A stretch of DNA of 64,000 nucleotides, taken from contig CAZNPH010000001.1 of assembly GCA_964574985.1 (NCBI GenBank), forward strand, positions 77,327-141,326, written 5' to 3'. The notes below the pieces were generated by a model, which was not told the DNA's origin, ran no database searches, and saw only the letters and a list, made by a program, of their open reading frames with translations. This document shows, piece by piece, positions 29,040 through 39,106 of the stretch (the stretch's first letter is position 1; the number at the start of each line of letters is the position of its first letter). The DNA comes from an uncultured Bacteroidaceae bacterium (GTDB lineage: Bacteria; Bacteroidota; Bacteroidia; Bacteroidales; SM23-62). A program made the translations under genes and the position numbers.

Positions 29040-31061
29040 TTTCAATATGAATGCATACTCAAGGGCGGTCTCCCTGTATTTCCTGAACCTCCCCGAAACA
29101 CCGCCATGCCCCGCATCCATATTGGTGTGCAAAAGGATGGGTTGTTTTCCCCGGTTCATTTCCCTTAGTTTGGCCACCCATTTGGCCGGTTCCCAGTACT
29201 GAACCTGGGAATCATGTAAACCGGCGGTAACCAGGATTGCCGGATATTCTGTCTTTCTGACATTATCATAAGGTGAATAGGAAAGCATATATTCATAATA
29301 CCGGGGATCTTCCGGATTGCCCCATTCATCATATTCCGAAGTGGTTAAGGGAATGCTCCTGTCCAGCATGGTGGTCACCACATCCACAAAAGGTACAGCC
29401 GCGATGGCCCCCCTGTAGAGATCGGGGCGCATGTTCAGGACAGCTCCGATCAGCAATCCGCCGGCACTTCCGCCCATGGCAACAAGACGGTCCGGTCGCG
29501 TATAATTTTCCTGGATCAGAAACCGGGAACAATCGATAAAATCATGAAAGGTGTTTTTTTTGTTCAGTAATTTGCCGTCCTCGTACCATTGCCGTCCGTA
29601 GATCTGCCCACCCCGCACATGAGCTATGGCAAAGATAAAACCCCGGTCGAGCAGACTCAGTCTGACAGAACTGAAATACGGTTCGATGGTGATCCCGTAT
29701 GAACCGTAAGCATGGAGCAACAGGGGATTCTTTCCGTTCAGCTTCATCCCCTTCCGGTATACCATGGAAACAGGCACTTTCCTGCCGTCACGGGCGGTGG
29801 CGTAAATCCTCCTGGATTCATAATCATCCGGGCGAAAATCCCCTATGATTTCCTGCTGTTTTCTGAGGGTCTTTTCACGGGTTTCCATATTGTAATCAAG
29901 GATGGAATTGGGGGTAGTCAGACTCGAGTAGCTGTATCTCAGGAAACGGGTGTCGGTCTCCCGGTTGGTTGATATACCGGCCACGTATACTTCTTCCCCG
30001 AAATCCAGATGGTGACTGTTCCCATCATCCCAGCGTATGATTTGCAAACCCGTGAGCCCCGATTTCCGCTCAGAAACCACCAGGTAGTCACTGAAAATCT
30101 CAATATCCCTGAGTAATACATTTTTCCTGTGCGGAATGACCTCGGTCCAGTTATCCATTGAAGGGGAATGAACCGGCGTTTTCATGAGACGGAAATTCTT
30201 TGCTTTATTGTTGGTTACGATGTAGAAAGCATCCCCGAAATGATGCGGGGAATACTCCAGTTTCTTTCTGCGCGGCTGAATGATCCTGAAATCCCCGTGC
30301 GGATTCCCTGCATCCAAAAACCTGTATTCATCGGAAAGGGTGCCGGATGAAACGATCATGATGTAATTCCTTGATTTGGTCTTGTATGCATGGGTATGAA
30401 ATGTTTCATCACTTTCTTCATAGACAACGGGATCGGAATTCACATCCCGGCCAATCCGATGGCGGCATATCCTGAACGGCCTGAGCGTGTTTTCGTCTTT
30501 CACCGTATAGAAAAAAATCCGGTTGCCGGCTGACCATGCCGCGTAACCTGTGGTAACCGGAATATGGTCGGACAGCACCTTTCCCGTAAAAAGATCCTTG
30601 ATGCAGATGGTATACTTTCTCCTGCCGAGTGTGTCCACGCCATATGCCAGATAACGATTGTCCCCGCTCACGCTTAATCCTGTAACATGTATATAATCGT
30701 GCCCCCGGGCCATCCGGTTCACGTCCAGCATGATTTCTTCGGGAGCATCAAGACTTCCTTTCTTTCTGCAATGAAGGGGATATTCATATCCCTCCCTGAA
30801 TCTGTGGTAATAATAATACCCGTTATCTGAAAAAGGCACCGATTCATCTTGTTTTTTTATCCTGCCTGTAATTTCATCATACAGTTTTTCCCTCAGTTTC
30901 TTTACGTCTTTCAATACCTCACCGGTATATGCATTTTCTTCCCTGAGATGTTCAATGACCCGGGGATCCTCCCGGTTCTTCATCCAGTAATACGGATCGA
31001 TCCTTGGTTCACCCAAACCAGGCAGTTGTTCGGGAATCTTTTTAGCTACAGGTGCGATCAT
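29019..31061 (-). CDS. ptrB: S9A-family serine peptidase, oligopeptidase B (protease II)-like
   Basis: 680 aa. It contains DPYYWMKNREDPRVIEHLREENAYT (a typical OpdB/PtrB N-terminus), a beta-propeller middle, GGSAGGLL (catalytic Ser), and Asp and His contexts in the C-terminal region (GLHDSQV, DAGHGG). Confidence 0.88.
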   Translation of the reverse strand: MIAPVAKKIPEQLPGLGEPRIDPYYWMKNREDPRVIEHLREENAYTGEVLKDVKKLREKLYDEITGRIKKQDESVPFSDNGYYYYHRFREGYEYPLHCRKKGSLDAPEEIMLDVNRMARGHDYIHVTGLSVSGDNRYLAYGVDTLGRRKYTICIKDLFTGKVLSDHIPVTTGYAAWSAGNRIFFYTVKDENTLRPFRICRHRIGRDVNSDPVVYEESDETFHTHAYKTKSRNYIMIVSSGTLSDEYRFLDAGNPHGDFRIIQPRRKKLEYSPHHFGDAFYIVTNNKAKNFRLMKTPVHSPSMDNWTEVIPHRKNVLLRDIEIFSDYLVVSERKSGLTGLQIIRWDDGNSHHLDFGEEVYVAGISTNRETDTRFLRYSYSSLTTPNSILDYNMETREKTLRKQQEIIGDFRPDDYESRRIYATARDGRKVPVSMVYRKGMKLNGKNPLLLHAYGSYGITIEPYFSSVRLSLLDRGFIFAIAHVRGGQIYGRQWYEDGKLLNKKNTFHDFIDCSRFLIQENYTRPDRLVAMGGSAGGLLIGAVLNMRPDLYRGAIAAVPFVDVVTTMLDRSIPLTTSEYDEWGNPEDPRYYEYMLSYSPYDNVRKTEYPAILVTAGLHDSQVQYWEPAKWVAKLREMNRGKQPILLHTNMDAGHGGVSGRFRKYRETALEYAFILKLLGRTR

Positions 31062-31085
31062 TTGTAAATCCGCTCATGAAATCTG

Positions 31086-31093
31086 CAAATTTA
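31086..31093 (-). promoter_or_regulatory. Candidate -7 box (TAAATTTG on the reverse strand) upstream of ptrB
   Basis: This is an exact TAnnTTTG match 24 nt upstream of the ATG at 31061. It sits inside a small inverted repeat, TGCAAA-N9-TTTGCA. Confidence 0.4.
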
Positions 31094-31272
31094 ACAATTT
31101 TGCACATGTTTTTTGGTCTGCTTGCCTGATTTGGTCATTGAACATTGATCAGGGTTTTTGCTGGTGATTTTTTTCTAATTTGCAGTCTGTTGTTCGCCGG
31201 TCCGGCATACGGACAATACGCGGATGACCGGCAACAAGCTTATAATTGAATATGTAACAAAATTGATTACTC

Positions 31273-32088
31273 ATGATAAATTCCCGGGCCCTTCGGTTCC
31301 GTCATTCCCTGAAACTGATCAGGAAGTATCTCGTCTACCTGATCAGAAGCGGGCACAGGAAAGGACACCGTACACACTCACCCTTCATATACAACTTTGT
31401 AAGCAGGACCCTGTATGGAAAAGACACCCACGATTTTTCAAATATCGAAGGCTTTCGCAGGCAACTGGGAAAAAACAAACAACATCTGCCGGGTCAGACA
31501 TTCGGTGCAGGCAGTCTGTCGGTTCGGGAGGGCAATCCCGCTTTCGGACACCTGGCCACCAAAGCGGCTGCACGTCCCAAATACGGAAGGCTTCTGAACC
31601 GTATGCTCCGTGACATGGAGGTTGATTGTGTCCTGGAACTGGGGACCGGACTCGGCATCAGTGCGGCATATATGGCCGTGGGGAATCCGGATGTCCGCAT
31701 CCACACCATTGAAGGGAATCCTGCAGCAGTTAAACAGGCCGGGGATATATTCAGGGAATTGTCTTTACCCAACATTGTTGCCCATCACGGAAGTTTTGAT
31801 GAGAAAATACCGGAAATTCTGAACCGATCAACCGGACGTTTGCTGGTATATCTGGATGGTGACCACAGCTATCTCCCCACCATCCGTTATGTACGAATGT
31901 GCATGGAAAAAGGAAAGAATCTGTGCGGGATCATAGTGGATGATATTCGCTGGTCAGATGAAATGGAAAAAGCCTGGAAAGAGATTATTGGGTGGAGGGA
32001 AATCAGATTCAGCATCGATTTGTTTTTTATGGGCATTCTTTTTTTGGGAGAAAGATATCATCCCGGTCATTTTGTTGTTAAATTTTAG
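31273..32088 (+). CDS. Class I SAM-dependent methyltransferase (O-methyltransferase-like)
   Basis: 271 aa. VLELGTGLGISAAYMA is the SAM-binding motif I. DGDHSY and the C-terminal region resemble family-3 O-methyltransferases. Confidence 0.7.
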   Translation: MINSRALRFRHSLKLIRKYLVYLIRSGHRKGHRTHSPFIYNFVSRTLYGKDTHDFSNIEGFRRQLGKNKQHLPGQTFGAGSLSVREGNPAFGHLATKAAARPKYGRLLNRMLRDMEVDCVLELGTGLGISAAYMAVGNPDVRIHTIEGNPAAVKQAGDIFRELSLPNIVAHHGSFDEKIPEILNRSTGRLLVYLDGDHSYLPTIRYVRMCMEKGKNLCGIIVDDIRWSDEMEKAWKEIIGWREIRFSIDLFFMGILFLGERYHPGHFVVKF

Positions 32089-32143
32089 GAATAATCAGGC
32101 AAAATGACCGTTATTAATTCTATATTCGCCAAAATATCCTGAT

Positions 32144-32854
32144 ATGGGAAAAATCATCCAGCTTCAAAATATTGTCAAGAATTATTACGTGGGCAAAATT
32201 GTTGTTCAGGCATTGCGCTCCGTGTCAATTGACATAAGGAAAAATGAATATGTGGCCATTATGGGGCCTTCCGGTTCGGGAAAATCCACCCTTATGAACA
32301 TCATTGGCTGTCTTGATACCACTACTTCCGGAAAATATATTCTGAACAATATGGATGTCAGTAAAATGGAAGACAATCAGCTTGCTGATACCCGCAACAG
32401 CGAGATAGGTTTTGTATTCCAGACTTTCAACCTGCTGCCCCGCTATACTGCCCTTGAAAATGTTATGTTGCCCCTCGTCTATGCCGGCAAACCGAAACAT
32501 TACCGTATGGAAAGGGCCAGGGAAGTCATGGCAAGCCTGGGGCTGGAAGACAGGGTTACACACAGGCCCAATGAATTATCGGGAGGACAAAGGCAGCGCG
32601 TTGCCCTGGCAAGGGCCCTGGTTAATCATCCTTCTATCATTCTGGCCGATGAGCCTACGGGAAACCTCGACTCCAAAACCTCCGAGGATATCATGAACCA
32701 GTTAAACATGATCCATTCCCGGGGCAACACCATTATACTGGTCACCCATGAGAAAGAAATTGCAGGGTATGCCCGGCGGGTCATTCACCTGAGGGATGGA
32801 AAAGTTGAAACGGACAAGTCCAATCATAAAGACCGGGTAACACAGAAAGTCTGA
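32144..32854 (+). CDS. ABC transporter ATP-binding protein (MacB/LolD-type)
   Basis: 236 aa. It contains [34 protein letters not shown] and [11 protein letters not shown]. No permease gene is adjacent. Confidence 0.88.
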   Translation: MGKIIQLQNIVKNYYVGKIVVQALRSVSIDIRKNEYVAIMGPSGSGKSTLMNIIGCLDTTTSGKYILNNMDVSKMEDNQLADTRNSEIGFVFQTFNLLPRYTALENVMLPLVYAGKPKHYRMERAREVMASLGLEDRVTHRPNELSGGQRQRVALARALVNHPSIILADEPTGNLDSKTSEDIMNQLNMIHSRGNTIILVTHEKEIAGYARRVIHLRDGKVETDKSNHKDRVTQKV

Positions 32855-32974
32855 CCCTCTTCGTTTCTGAATGATCGAACCATCGATCAAAGACAAAAAG
32901 GATATTTTCCAAAACAAACCGGCAGGGACGAAATTCACTGGAAATCCCCCTTGTGATTCAAGTTTTATTTTTTA

Positions 32975-32982
32975 TATATTTG
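32975..32982 (+). promoter_or_regulatory. Bacteroidota -7 box (TAnnTTTG) upstream of the DUF2795-like gene
   Basis: TATATTTG lies 73 nt upstream of the ATG at 33056. Confidence 0.4.
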
Positions 32983-33055
32983 CAGCATTTTGTTTCAATA
33001 ATTAAGAATCCATCCAGGATTTTTACCCTGGCCAAAATACGTGAATTAATCCAAT

Positions 33056-33277
33056 ATGTACTGGACGCTCGAGCTGGCATCAAAATTGGAAGATGCACCC
33101 TGGCCTGCCACCAAGGATGAACTGATCGATTATGCAATCAGGTCCGGTGCACCCATGGAAGTCATAGAAAATTTGCAGGAAATTGAGGACGAAGGAGATA
33201 TTTACGAAAGCATCGAGGATATATGGCCTGACTATCCCAGCAAGGATGATTTCTTTTTCAATGAAGATGAATACTGA
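33056..33277 (+). CDS. Small acidic DUF2795-like protein
   Basis: 73 aa. WPATKDELIDYAIRSGAPMEVIENLQEIEDEG matches the pattern I associate with DUF2795 (W-P-A-x-K-x-x-L-(I/V)-x-x-A). Confidence 0.6.
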   Translation: MYWTLELASKLEDAPWPATKDELIDYAIRSGAPMEVIENLQEIEDEGDIYESIEDIWPDYPSKDDFFFNEDEY

Positions 33278-33295
33278 TCCCTTCATCCGCATGGT

Positions 33296-34888
33296 TCACT
33301 CCGATTGAATATTTCCTTCCCACTCGAATATTTCAAATCTGGACCCGGGCCGGTTTTTCTCATACCAGGCAAAACCTTTTAGTTTCATATCTCCGGGAGA
33401 TATGTCCTTTTCAGGGATCAATTCTGCATCAGGATTGGTAACCAGATTGATCCTGCTGATCTTTTCCTCCTTCAAATAAATGATGATGTTGGCACTTTCG
33501 GCCATATTCAGTCCGATCAACCGGTCAGATTTATCGCGGGCAAAGTAGCGCGTCTGGCCGTTTCCTTTTACCACAATTCGTTCAAGGACTTCATTGTGAA
33601 AATATCCTGTCATCCCTCTTCCTTTTATCTGATTGAAATGGACAGAATCATCCCGGGAGATAATGAAGGCCTGATTGATCATGCGTATGTTTTCCAGTTG
33701 TTTGTTGGCCATGCGAATCTCGAGGAATTCGGCCGTCAGCTGATACCTGCCCGACCACAATACAGGGTTCCCGTACAGAAGGAATACGGAATCTGCTTCG
33801 GGATATACAAGCGAATCACACTTTCCCTGAATATCATGCCGGTAGAACTTGACATGATTAAAAGCCCTCATGATCCTTGCGGCATTTGCGGAATCCATTG
33901 AAGATATGAGGGTATCGGCATGAACAAACAATGAATCCCTGTCTTCGATAATAATCAGCAAGGCACTGTCTGTAATCATTGCATATTCAGGATACTCACC
34001 ATAATTGGCATATTGTCCGCACAAAACAATATTTCTTGCCGTATCATTCAGGGTTACATTCCCGAATGCATGTCCGGTCCCGGTTTTTCTCTCATAATAA
34101 AGACTGTCACCGCCCAGTCTTTGTGACTCGTTGATCAGCAATGCATTCCGGTTGAACTGACTAATATCCTTTTCTGTATCGTACCAGCCATTCTCACAGT
34201 ATATGTAATTCTCACGGCTGATTATATCCGTGGGGCCAAAAAAATAGGCAATCCCTGTTCGCGTATTGTATCTTAAAGTATCTGAATATATGGTATAATC
34301 GGGATTCCGAATAATCACACTGTCCCTGAAGAAATAGTTTTTGTTGTCTGTATTATAACGTCCTTCTTCGCTTTGCAAATGATTTTCCTCACTGGTAATG
34401 AAGCCCCCTTTTTTATATTTTCCAACATTCCGGGTGAAATCAAAATCCAGGTGCATGGTCCTTAATTCGGTTTCCATGTCGGTGAGCAGGACATTTTCAC
34501 GGATCCTGGCAACCCGTTCATTTCCACTGTAGGTCAGAAAATCCCCGTACAAATGCAGCGTATCTCCCCGGTTGACATGAATATCGCCATAGGCATGTAC
34601 CAGGTTCAGTTCAGGGAAAAAATAGGCGCTGTCACAATACATGAGAATGCTGTCCTGCTTAAATACGACATCACCCGACAGCCTGGTCGCTTCTTTTCCC
34701 ATCCTTTGTACAAATTCAACCGACCGGGCAATGTAATTGATCTTCCGGATCTTCTGGGCTTTTATTCCCGTAAACCCACCCTGGAAAAATGATGCCAGTA
34801 ACAGGAAATACAAAATACGGCGGCCGGACTGACGAAAGCATCTGCCGGAAAAACCGGCGGCAGGCCCGGTATCAGGGGGGACGGTCAT
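33296..34888 (-). CDS. OstA-like (LptD N-terminal / LptA-fold repeat) periplasmic protein
   Basis: 530 aa. It has repeated beta-jellyroll-type segments (...LSGDVVFKQDSILMYCDSAYFFPELNLVHAYGDIHVNRGDTLHLYGDFLTY...). It is the last gene of the SurA/PpiC operon, starting 1 nt after the surA-like stop. Confidence 0.6.
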   Translation of the reverse strand: MTVPPDTGPAAGFSGRCFRQSGRRILYFLLLASFFQGGFTGIKAQKIRKINYIARSVEFVQRMGKEATRLSGDVVFKQDSILMYCDSAYFFPELNLVHAYGDIHVNRGDTLHLYGDFLTYSGNERVARIRENVLLTDMETELRTMHLDFDFTRNVGKYKKGGFITSEENHLQSEEGRYNTDNKNYFFRDSVIIRNPDYTIYSDTLRYNTRTGIAYFFGPTDIISRENYIYCENGWYDTEKDISQFNRNALLINESQRLGGDSLYYERKTGTGHAFGNVTLNDTARNIVLCGQYANYGEYPEYAMITDSALLIIIEDRDSLFVHADTLISSMDSANAARIMRAFNHVKFYRHDIQGKCDSLVYPEADSVFLLYGNPVLWSGRYQLTAEFLEIRMANKQLENIRMINQAFIISRDDSVHFNQIKGRGMTGYFHNEVLERIVVKGNGQTRYFARDKSDRLIGLNMAESANIIIYLKEEKISRINLVTNPDAELIPEKDISPGDMKLKGFAWYEKNRPGSRFEIFEWEGNIQSE

Positions 34889-34889
34889 A

Positions 34890-36230
34890 TTACCTTAACC
34901 AATAACTTTCTTTGAACTTACAATTCCCGAAGGTATCATCAATATGGATGTACGTGGAATATGCTTTTTCTCTGATCCATTCGTTGAAAATCCGGTTTTT
35001 CTTCATGGATAAGGCCATCCGCTGGAGTACCATATAATCCTCCCGGAGATTGGCCCGGTGGGGAGGGGTTCTGTTATCAAGCCTGACGATTTTATAAACG
35101 GTTTTGCCTTTATCGTCCCTGGATGCAAAAGGATCGGATATCTCTCCGACCTTCATATCCCGGAGCACAGCATAATCCTCCGGGATCAGCTCATCCATGG
35201 CAAACTGATATGTGTTGTCTTTCAGATTGATTACCTTTCCTCCGTTAATCCTCGTTTTTTCATCCTCGGAAAAAAGTCTGGCAGCATGAACAAAATCCAT
35301 TCGTTCATTTCTTATTTCCCTGGCAATGCTGTCAAGTCTGTATACGGTTTTTTGCAAAGCCTGTTCATCGATATCGGGTTTCATGAGAATGTGACGTGTA
35401 TTTACCCGGTTGCCTCTTTTTTCAATCAGCTGTATGATATGAAATCCGAATGAAGACTCCACGATTCGTGAAACTGCTCCTTCCTTTAAAGAAAAAGCAA
35501 CTTCAGCATATTCCGGATCCAGCTCACTTTTTGCCATATACCCGATCTCTCCTCCCCTGGGCGCCGAAGGCCCTTCGGAATAGAGAACCGCGAGCGTTGA
35601 AAATTTTTCTCCCTCCAATATTCTCTTCCGCAATGCCAGCAATTTCTCCCTTACTTCAAATTTGCCTTCCTCACTGAGCGGCGGATACATCATGATCTGG
35701 CTTACCTGTATCTTCAGATTGATGTATGGCAGACTGTCTTCAGGTGTTTGGCGGCTGAAATCCTTCACTTCCGAGGGGGTGATTTCCACATCCCCGGTAA
35801 TGTTTCCACTCATCTGTTGGGTGATCAACTGATCGCGGATAATATCCCTGAAATCCCTTTTAATCTCAAGAACCGATTTGTTAAAATATTCTTCCAGTCT
35901 CTCCTGGGAACCGATCTGATCGATAAAGAATTGCAATCTTGCATTCAGTTGCATCTCCACGCTGGATTCGCTGACTTCGATACTGTCAATTCTGGCCTGA
36001 TTCAACAGAAGATTCTGGGTTAAGAGTTCCTCAAGGATTCCGCATTTGAAATCCGGCCGGCCCGGCTCAATCCCTTCCGCCTTATATTGCATATACATGT
36101 TTTCTACATCTGATTGCAATATATGATTGTTCCCCACCACCGCCACAACCTGATCAATGATCCTTGGTTGGGCAGAAAGAACTGATCCGCACATCATGAA
36201 AACAAAAAACAAAATGATTTGTCTCAACAT
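34890..36230 (-). CDS. surA: SurA-like periplasmic chaperone / peptidyl-prolyl isomerase (two parvulin domains)
   Basis: 446 aa with a signal peptide. Parvulin signatures are FGFHIIQLIEKR and TRHILMKP. Confidence 0.8.
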   Translation of the reverse strand: MLRQIILFFVFMMCGSVLSAQPRIIDQVVAVVGNNHILQSDVENMYMQYKAEGIEPGRPDFKCGILEELLTQNLLLNQARIDSIEVSESSVEMQLNARLQFFIDQIGSQERLEEYFNKSVLEIKRDFRDIIRDQLITQQMSGNITGDVEITPSEVKDFSRQTPEDSLPYINLKIQVSQIMMYPPLSEEGKFEVREKLLALRKRILEGEKFSTLAVLYSEGPSAPRGGEIGYMAKSELDPEYAEVAFSLKEGAVSRIVESSFGFHIIQLIEKRGNRVNTRHILMKPDIDEQALQKTVYRLDSIAREIRNERMDFVHAARLFSEDEKTRINGGKVINLKDNTYQFAMDELIPEDYAVLRDMKVGEISDPFASRDDKGKTVYKIVRLDNRTPPHRANLREDYMVLQRMALSMKKNRIFNEWIREKAYSTYIHIDDTFGNCKFKESYWLR

Positions 36231-36241
36231 AATACCGTTTT

Positions 36242-37105
36242 TTACGGAGAATCAGCATATATGGTAAAATGACCCTTTGACAATCCGTCATTGAAAATAT
36301 CGTTCTCCATTTGCTGAACGAATTTTATTTTGCGTTTATTGAGAATAATGTTTCTTATATCCGACCCGACATATTCAATGGGTGCCACTTCACCCGGCAG
36401 CTTGAATTCCCGTATGTATACATAATAAAGTGCAACCGAATCCCTTGTTTCCAGGAATTTGTTGTATTGAAGGAACCGTTCGGGATCATCAATAGGATGA
36501 GGCACCTGATTCAACATCCGTTCAAAAGGAATCCATCCGTCATCGAAATGGTCATATTTCATGGCAAATTGATAACAATAGCTCTCAAGCTGTTGCAAAT
36601 CCTCTTTTTTATCTGATTTATACAACCTTGATATTTCCCCGGTATTGGGTGCATCCAACGGTAGCTGTACAAACAGTCCCTTGATGACCGGCACATTCAG
36701 CAAGAAATTGGATTGATTCTCCAGGTAATAGTCCTCAATCTCCTCACTGGTCACAATGGTATCCAGTTTCTGATCGATCAGGTTCTTCTCATACTTATAT
36801 ATCAACAGTGATGACCTGTATTCTTCAAGTTGCTTGCTCACATCTTTCTGTTCATCGGTCAGATTCAGCTCCGCCTTTTGCAGGATCAATTGTTTTTTGA
36901 TCCATTTGTCAATATAACTCCGGAGAATAACCACACTGTCATGCTGGTTCATTCCGGACGCAAAAATATCCTGTATATCTTCGGGATACAAATATTGATC
37001 GTATACCCTGGCAACTGGTTGTTTATGGGTTTTGTTACGGAAACCCGGGCAGGCATACAAGGCAGTCATTGCGGCAATCAGGAATATGGTGTAATATCTA
37101 TTCAA
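36242..37105 (-). CDS. Lipoprotein resembling a SurA N-terminal chaperone domain (no parvulin domain)
   Basis: 287 aa with the lipobox LYAC. Its helical, SurA_N-like composition sits between two PPIase genes. The start overlaps the upstream stop by 8 nt. Confidence 0.5.
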   Translation of the reverse strand: MNRYYTIFLIAAMTALYACPGFRNKTHKQPVARVYDQYLYPEDIQDIFASGMNQHDSVVILRSYIDKWIKKQLILQKAELNLTDEQKDVSKQLEEYRSSLLIYKYEKNLIDQKLDTIVTSEEIEDYYLENQSNFLLNVPVIKGLFVQLPLDAPNTGEISRLYKSDKKEDLQQLESYCYQFAMKYDHFDDGWIPFERMLNQVPHPIDDPERFLQYNKFLETRDSVALYYVYIREFKLPGEVAPIEYVGSDIRNIILNKRKIKFVQQMENDIFNDGLSKGHFTIYADSP

Positions 37106-39086
37106 TTTTTTTCAGCAATTCACGGTTCACGTGTATCGAATACTTCTCCCGCAATCCCTCCACCCATTTTTTTTCAAGAAAATTTTGATAGTCGGCAACA
37201 ACAAGTCCTTTTGCTTCCTCCAGGGATTTTGGTGTCGGCTTTATTACCTGTCGTTTCATGACGAACAGGAAATCATTGCCTGTCCGGATGATATCCGATA
37301 TCCCTCTCGCCCATACAAGGTCATCGATGATCTTTTTTTCCCCTGCTTCATATATTCCCTCCTCAAACACCATACAATCATCATTTTCACCTTTCCCGCA
37401 CACATCATTCACCAACTGAACCGGTTGAATTCCCCTTTTCATTTTTCTCCGGAGTTTTCTGTGTGCTTTTTCGGCAATATCTTTCGAATTTGTCCTGAAG
37501 ATCACGGCATCAAGTCTTTTCTCCCACAGGTAATCCTCCTTATGACGTTCATAATAGTTTTTCAGTCCGGTACTGTCTTCCAGTGCTTTGGACCAGACTT
37601 CCTCGTTGGTCAGGTCAAAAAGCAATATACCGTCGTGATATTCCTGAAGAAGAAATTTGTATTCGGGGTGTTGTTCGCCAAGATGGGCCTCTTCATAGGC
37701 CATGATGCCGGAGTTGGTAAATTCCTTATATTTATTATCGATAAAAGTCTTTATGGGAATTATTTTTCCGGGGGGCTGTTCATTTTCCAGAAATACGGCC
37801 AGATCCATTTGGGTGTAGGTCCGGTCGCCTATCCTGAACAAAGGATCTGAAAGCTTCAGGTTTCCGGGCACTTCCCATTTTCCCCGGTAAACCGAAGAAT
37901 CAATAATATTTTCAAAGGAAAGCAGATTGCCGGGGAATTCATCATAACCATACTTTTCTTTGAGTTTTTCTATCTTGGCCTGCCTGGCATATTTTGCCCG
38001 GTCACTGCGCATGACCCTGGCTTTGAGTTCGTCCTTCATCTCGTCGAATGAACCGATTTCCTTTTTATCGAGCAATTTGATGATATGCCATCCGAAAGAT
38101 GTCTGGACAGGTTCCGAAATATCACCCGGCCGTTCCAGGGAGAAAGCGGCTTTCTCAAACCCCTCAACCATTCTTCCGGTACCGAACCAGGCAAGCACAC
38201 CATCCCTTGATGCCGATCCCCGGTCCTCCGAATATTTTCTGACCATTTCCTCAAAGGACTTTCCCCGGACAATGCTGTCATGATAGGCATGGATCATTCT
38301 TTTGGCCCTGTCCTTTTCTTTTTCCGGCATATTTTCCGGAGTAACCAGCATCAGATGGGCCACCCTGACCTGTCCTCTGGCAGGTCGTTTGTCATGTACC
38401 TTCAAAATATGATAACCGAAACGGGTTCTGAAAGGCATGGATATTTCCCCGGGATCGGTTTTGCAGGCAACGGTTTCAAAAGGATATATCATGTTGAAGA
38501 CAGTAAAATATCCAAGATCTCCCCCGTTGGATTTCGCGGAAGGGTCATCGGAAGTGGCACGGGCAACCGTTCCGAAATCTTTTCCTTCAAGTATTTCCTG
38601 CCGTATCTCCAAAGCTTTTTTATAGGCACGCAGCGTGTCTTCGGGAGGTGCATGCTCATTCAGTCTGATCAGGATGTGACTGGCATGTACATCAAACCGC
38701 GATCGCTGATAAGCTTCCCTGACCAGTTCATTAATTTCCTGTTTGTCGGTCAGATAGGGTTTGGCCAGTTGTTTACGGTAGCTGTTGAATTCATTGATGA
38801 AAGACCGGGTGGTGTCCATTCCACGCTCTTCAGCTTCAATAACTTTCAGCTTGAAATCAATAAAAAGTTTCAGATATTCCTCAACACTCTGTTTTTCAAT
38901 GACTGTCCCCGAATTGTTCTTCCGGTATATCCTTTCAAACTCCTCCAGACTGATGTCCCGGTCATGAATGCTGATTAAAACGCGTTCTCCGGATTCCTGT
39001 GCAAATCCAATCCCGGAAATTGCAATCCATAACCAAAGCAATGATGCCAATTTTCTGATAAGCAGATATGCTGACATGTTTTTCAA
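37098..39086 (-). CDS. PpiC/parvulin-type peptidyl-prolyl isomerase (two parvulin domains, PpiD/SurA-like)
   Basis: 662 aa with a signal peptide. Parvulin signatures are ASHILIRL...FGYHILKVHDKR and VAHLMLV...FGWHIIKLLDKK. Confidence 0.85.
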   Translation of the reverse strand: MKNMSAYLLIRKLASLLWLWIAISGIGFAQESGERVLISIHDRDISLEEFERIYRKNNSGTVIEKQSVEEYLKLFIDFKLKVIEAEERGMDTTRSFINEFNSYRKQLAKPYLTDKQEINELVREAYQRSRFDVHASHILIRLNEHAPPEDTLRAYKKALEIRQEILEGKDFGTVARATSDDPSAKSNGGDLGYFTVFNMIYPFETVACKTDPGEISMPFRTRFGYHILKVHDKRPARGQVRVAHLMLVTPENMPEKEKDRAKRMIHAYHDSIVRGKSFEEMVRKYSEDRGSASRDGVLAWFGTGRMVEGFEKAAFSLERPGDISEPVQTSFGWHIIKLLDKKEIGSFDEMKDELKARVMRSDRAKYARQAKIEKLKEKYGYDEFPGNLLSFENIIDSSVYRGKWEVPGNLKLSDPLFRIGDRTYTQMDLAVFLENEQPPGKIIPIKTFIDNKYKEFTNSGIMAYEEAHLGEQHPEYKFLLQEYHDGILLFDLTNEEVWSKALEDSTGLKNYYERHKEDYLWEKRLDAVIFRTNSKDIAEKAHRKLRRKMKRGIQPVQLVNDVCGKGENDDCMVFEEGIYEAGEKKIIDDLVWARGISDIIRTGNDFLFVMKRQVIKPTPKSLEEAKGLVVADYQNFLEKKWVEGLREKYSIHVNRELLKKIE

Positions 39087-39106
39087 ACGGTTTATGTCCG
39101 GAGTTA

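Noticed and set aside
32855-33055. Possible riboswitch or structured leader upstream of the DUF2795-like gene
   Set aside because: Only a weak 5-bp hairpin (CCAGG-N8-CCTGG) is present downstream of the -7 box. Nothing resembles a known riboswitch core.
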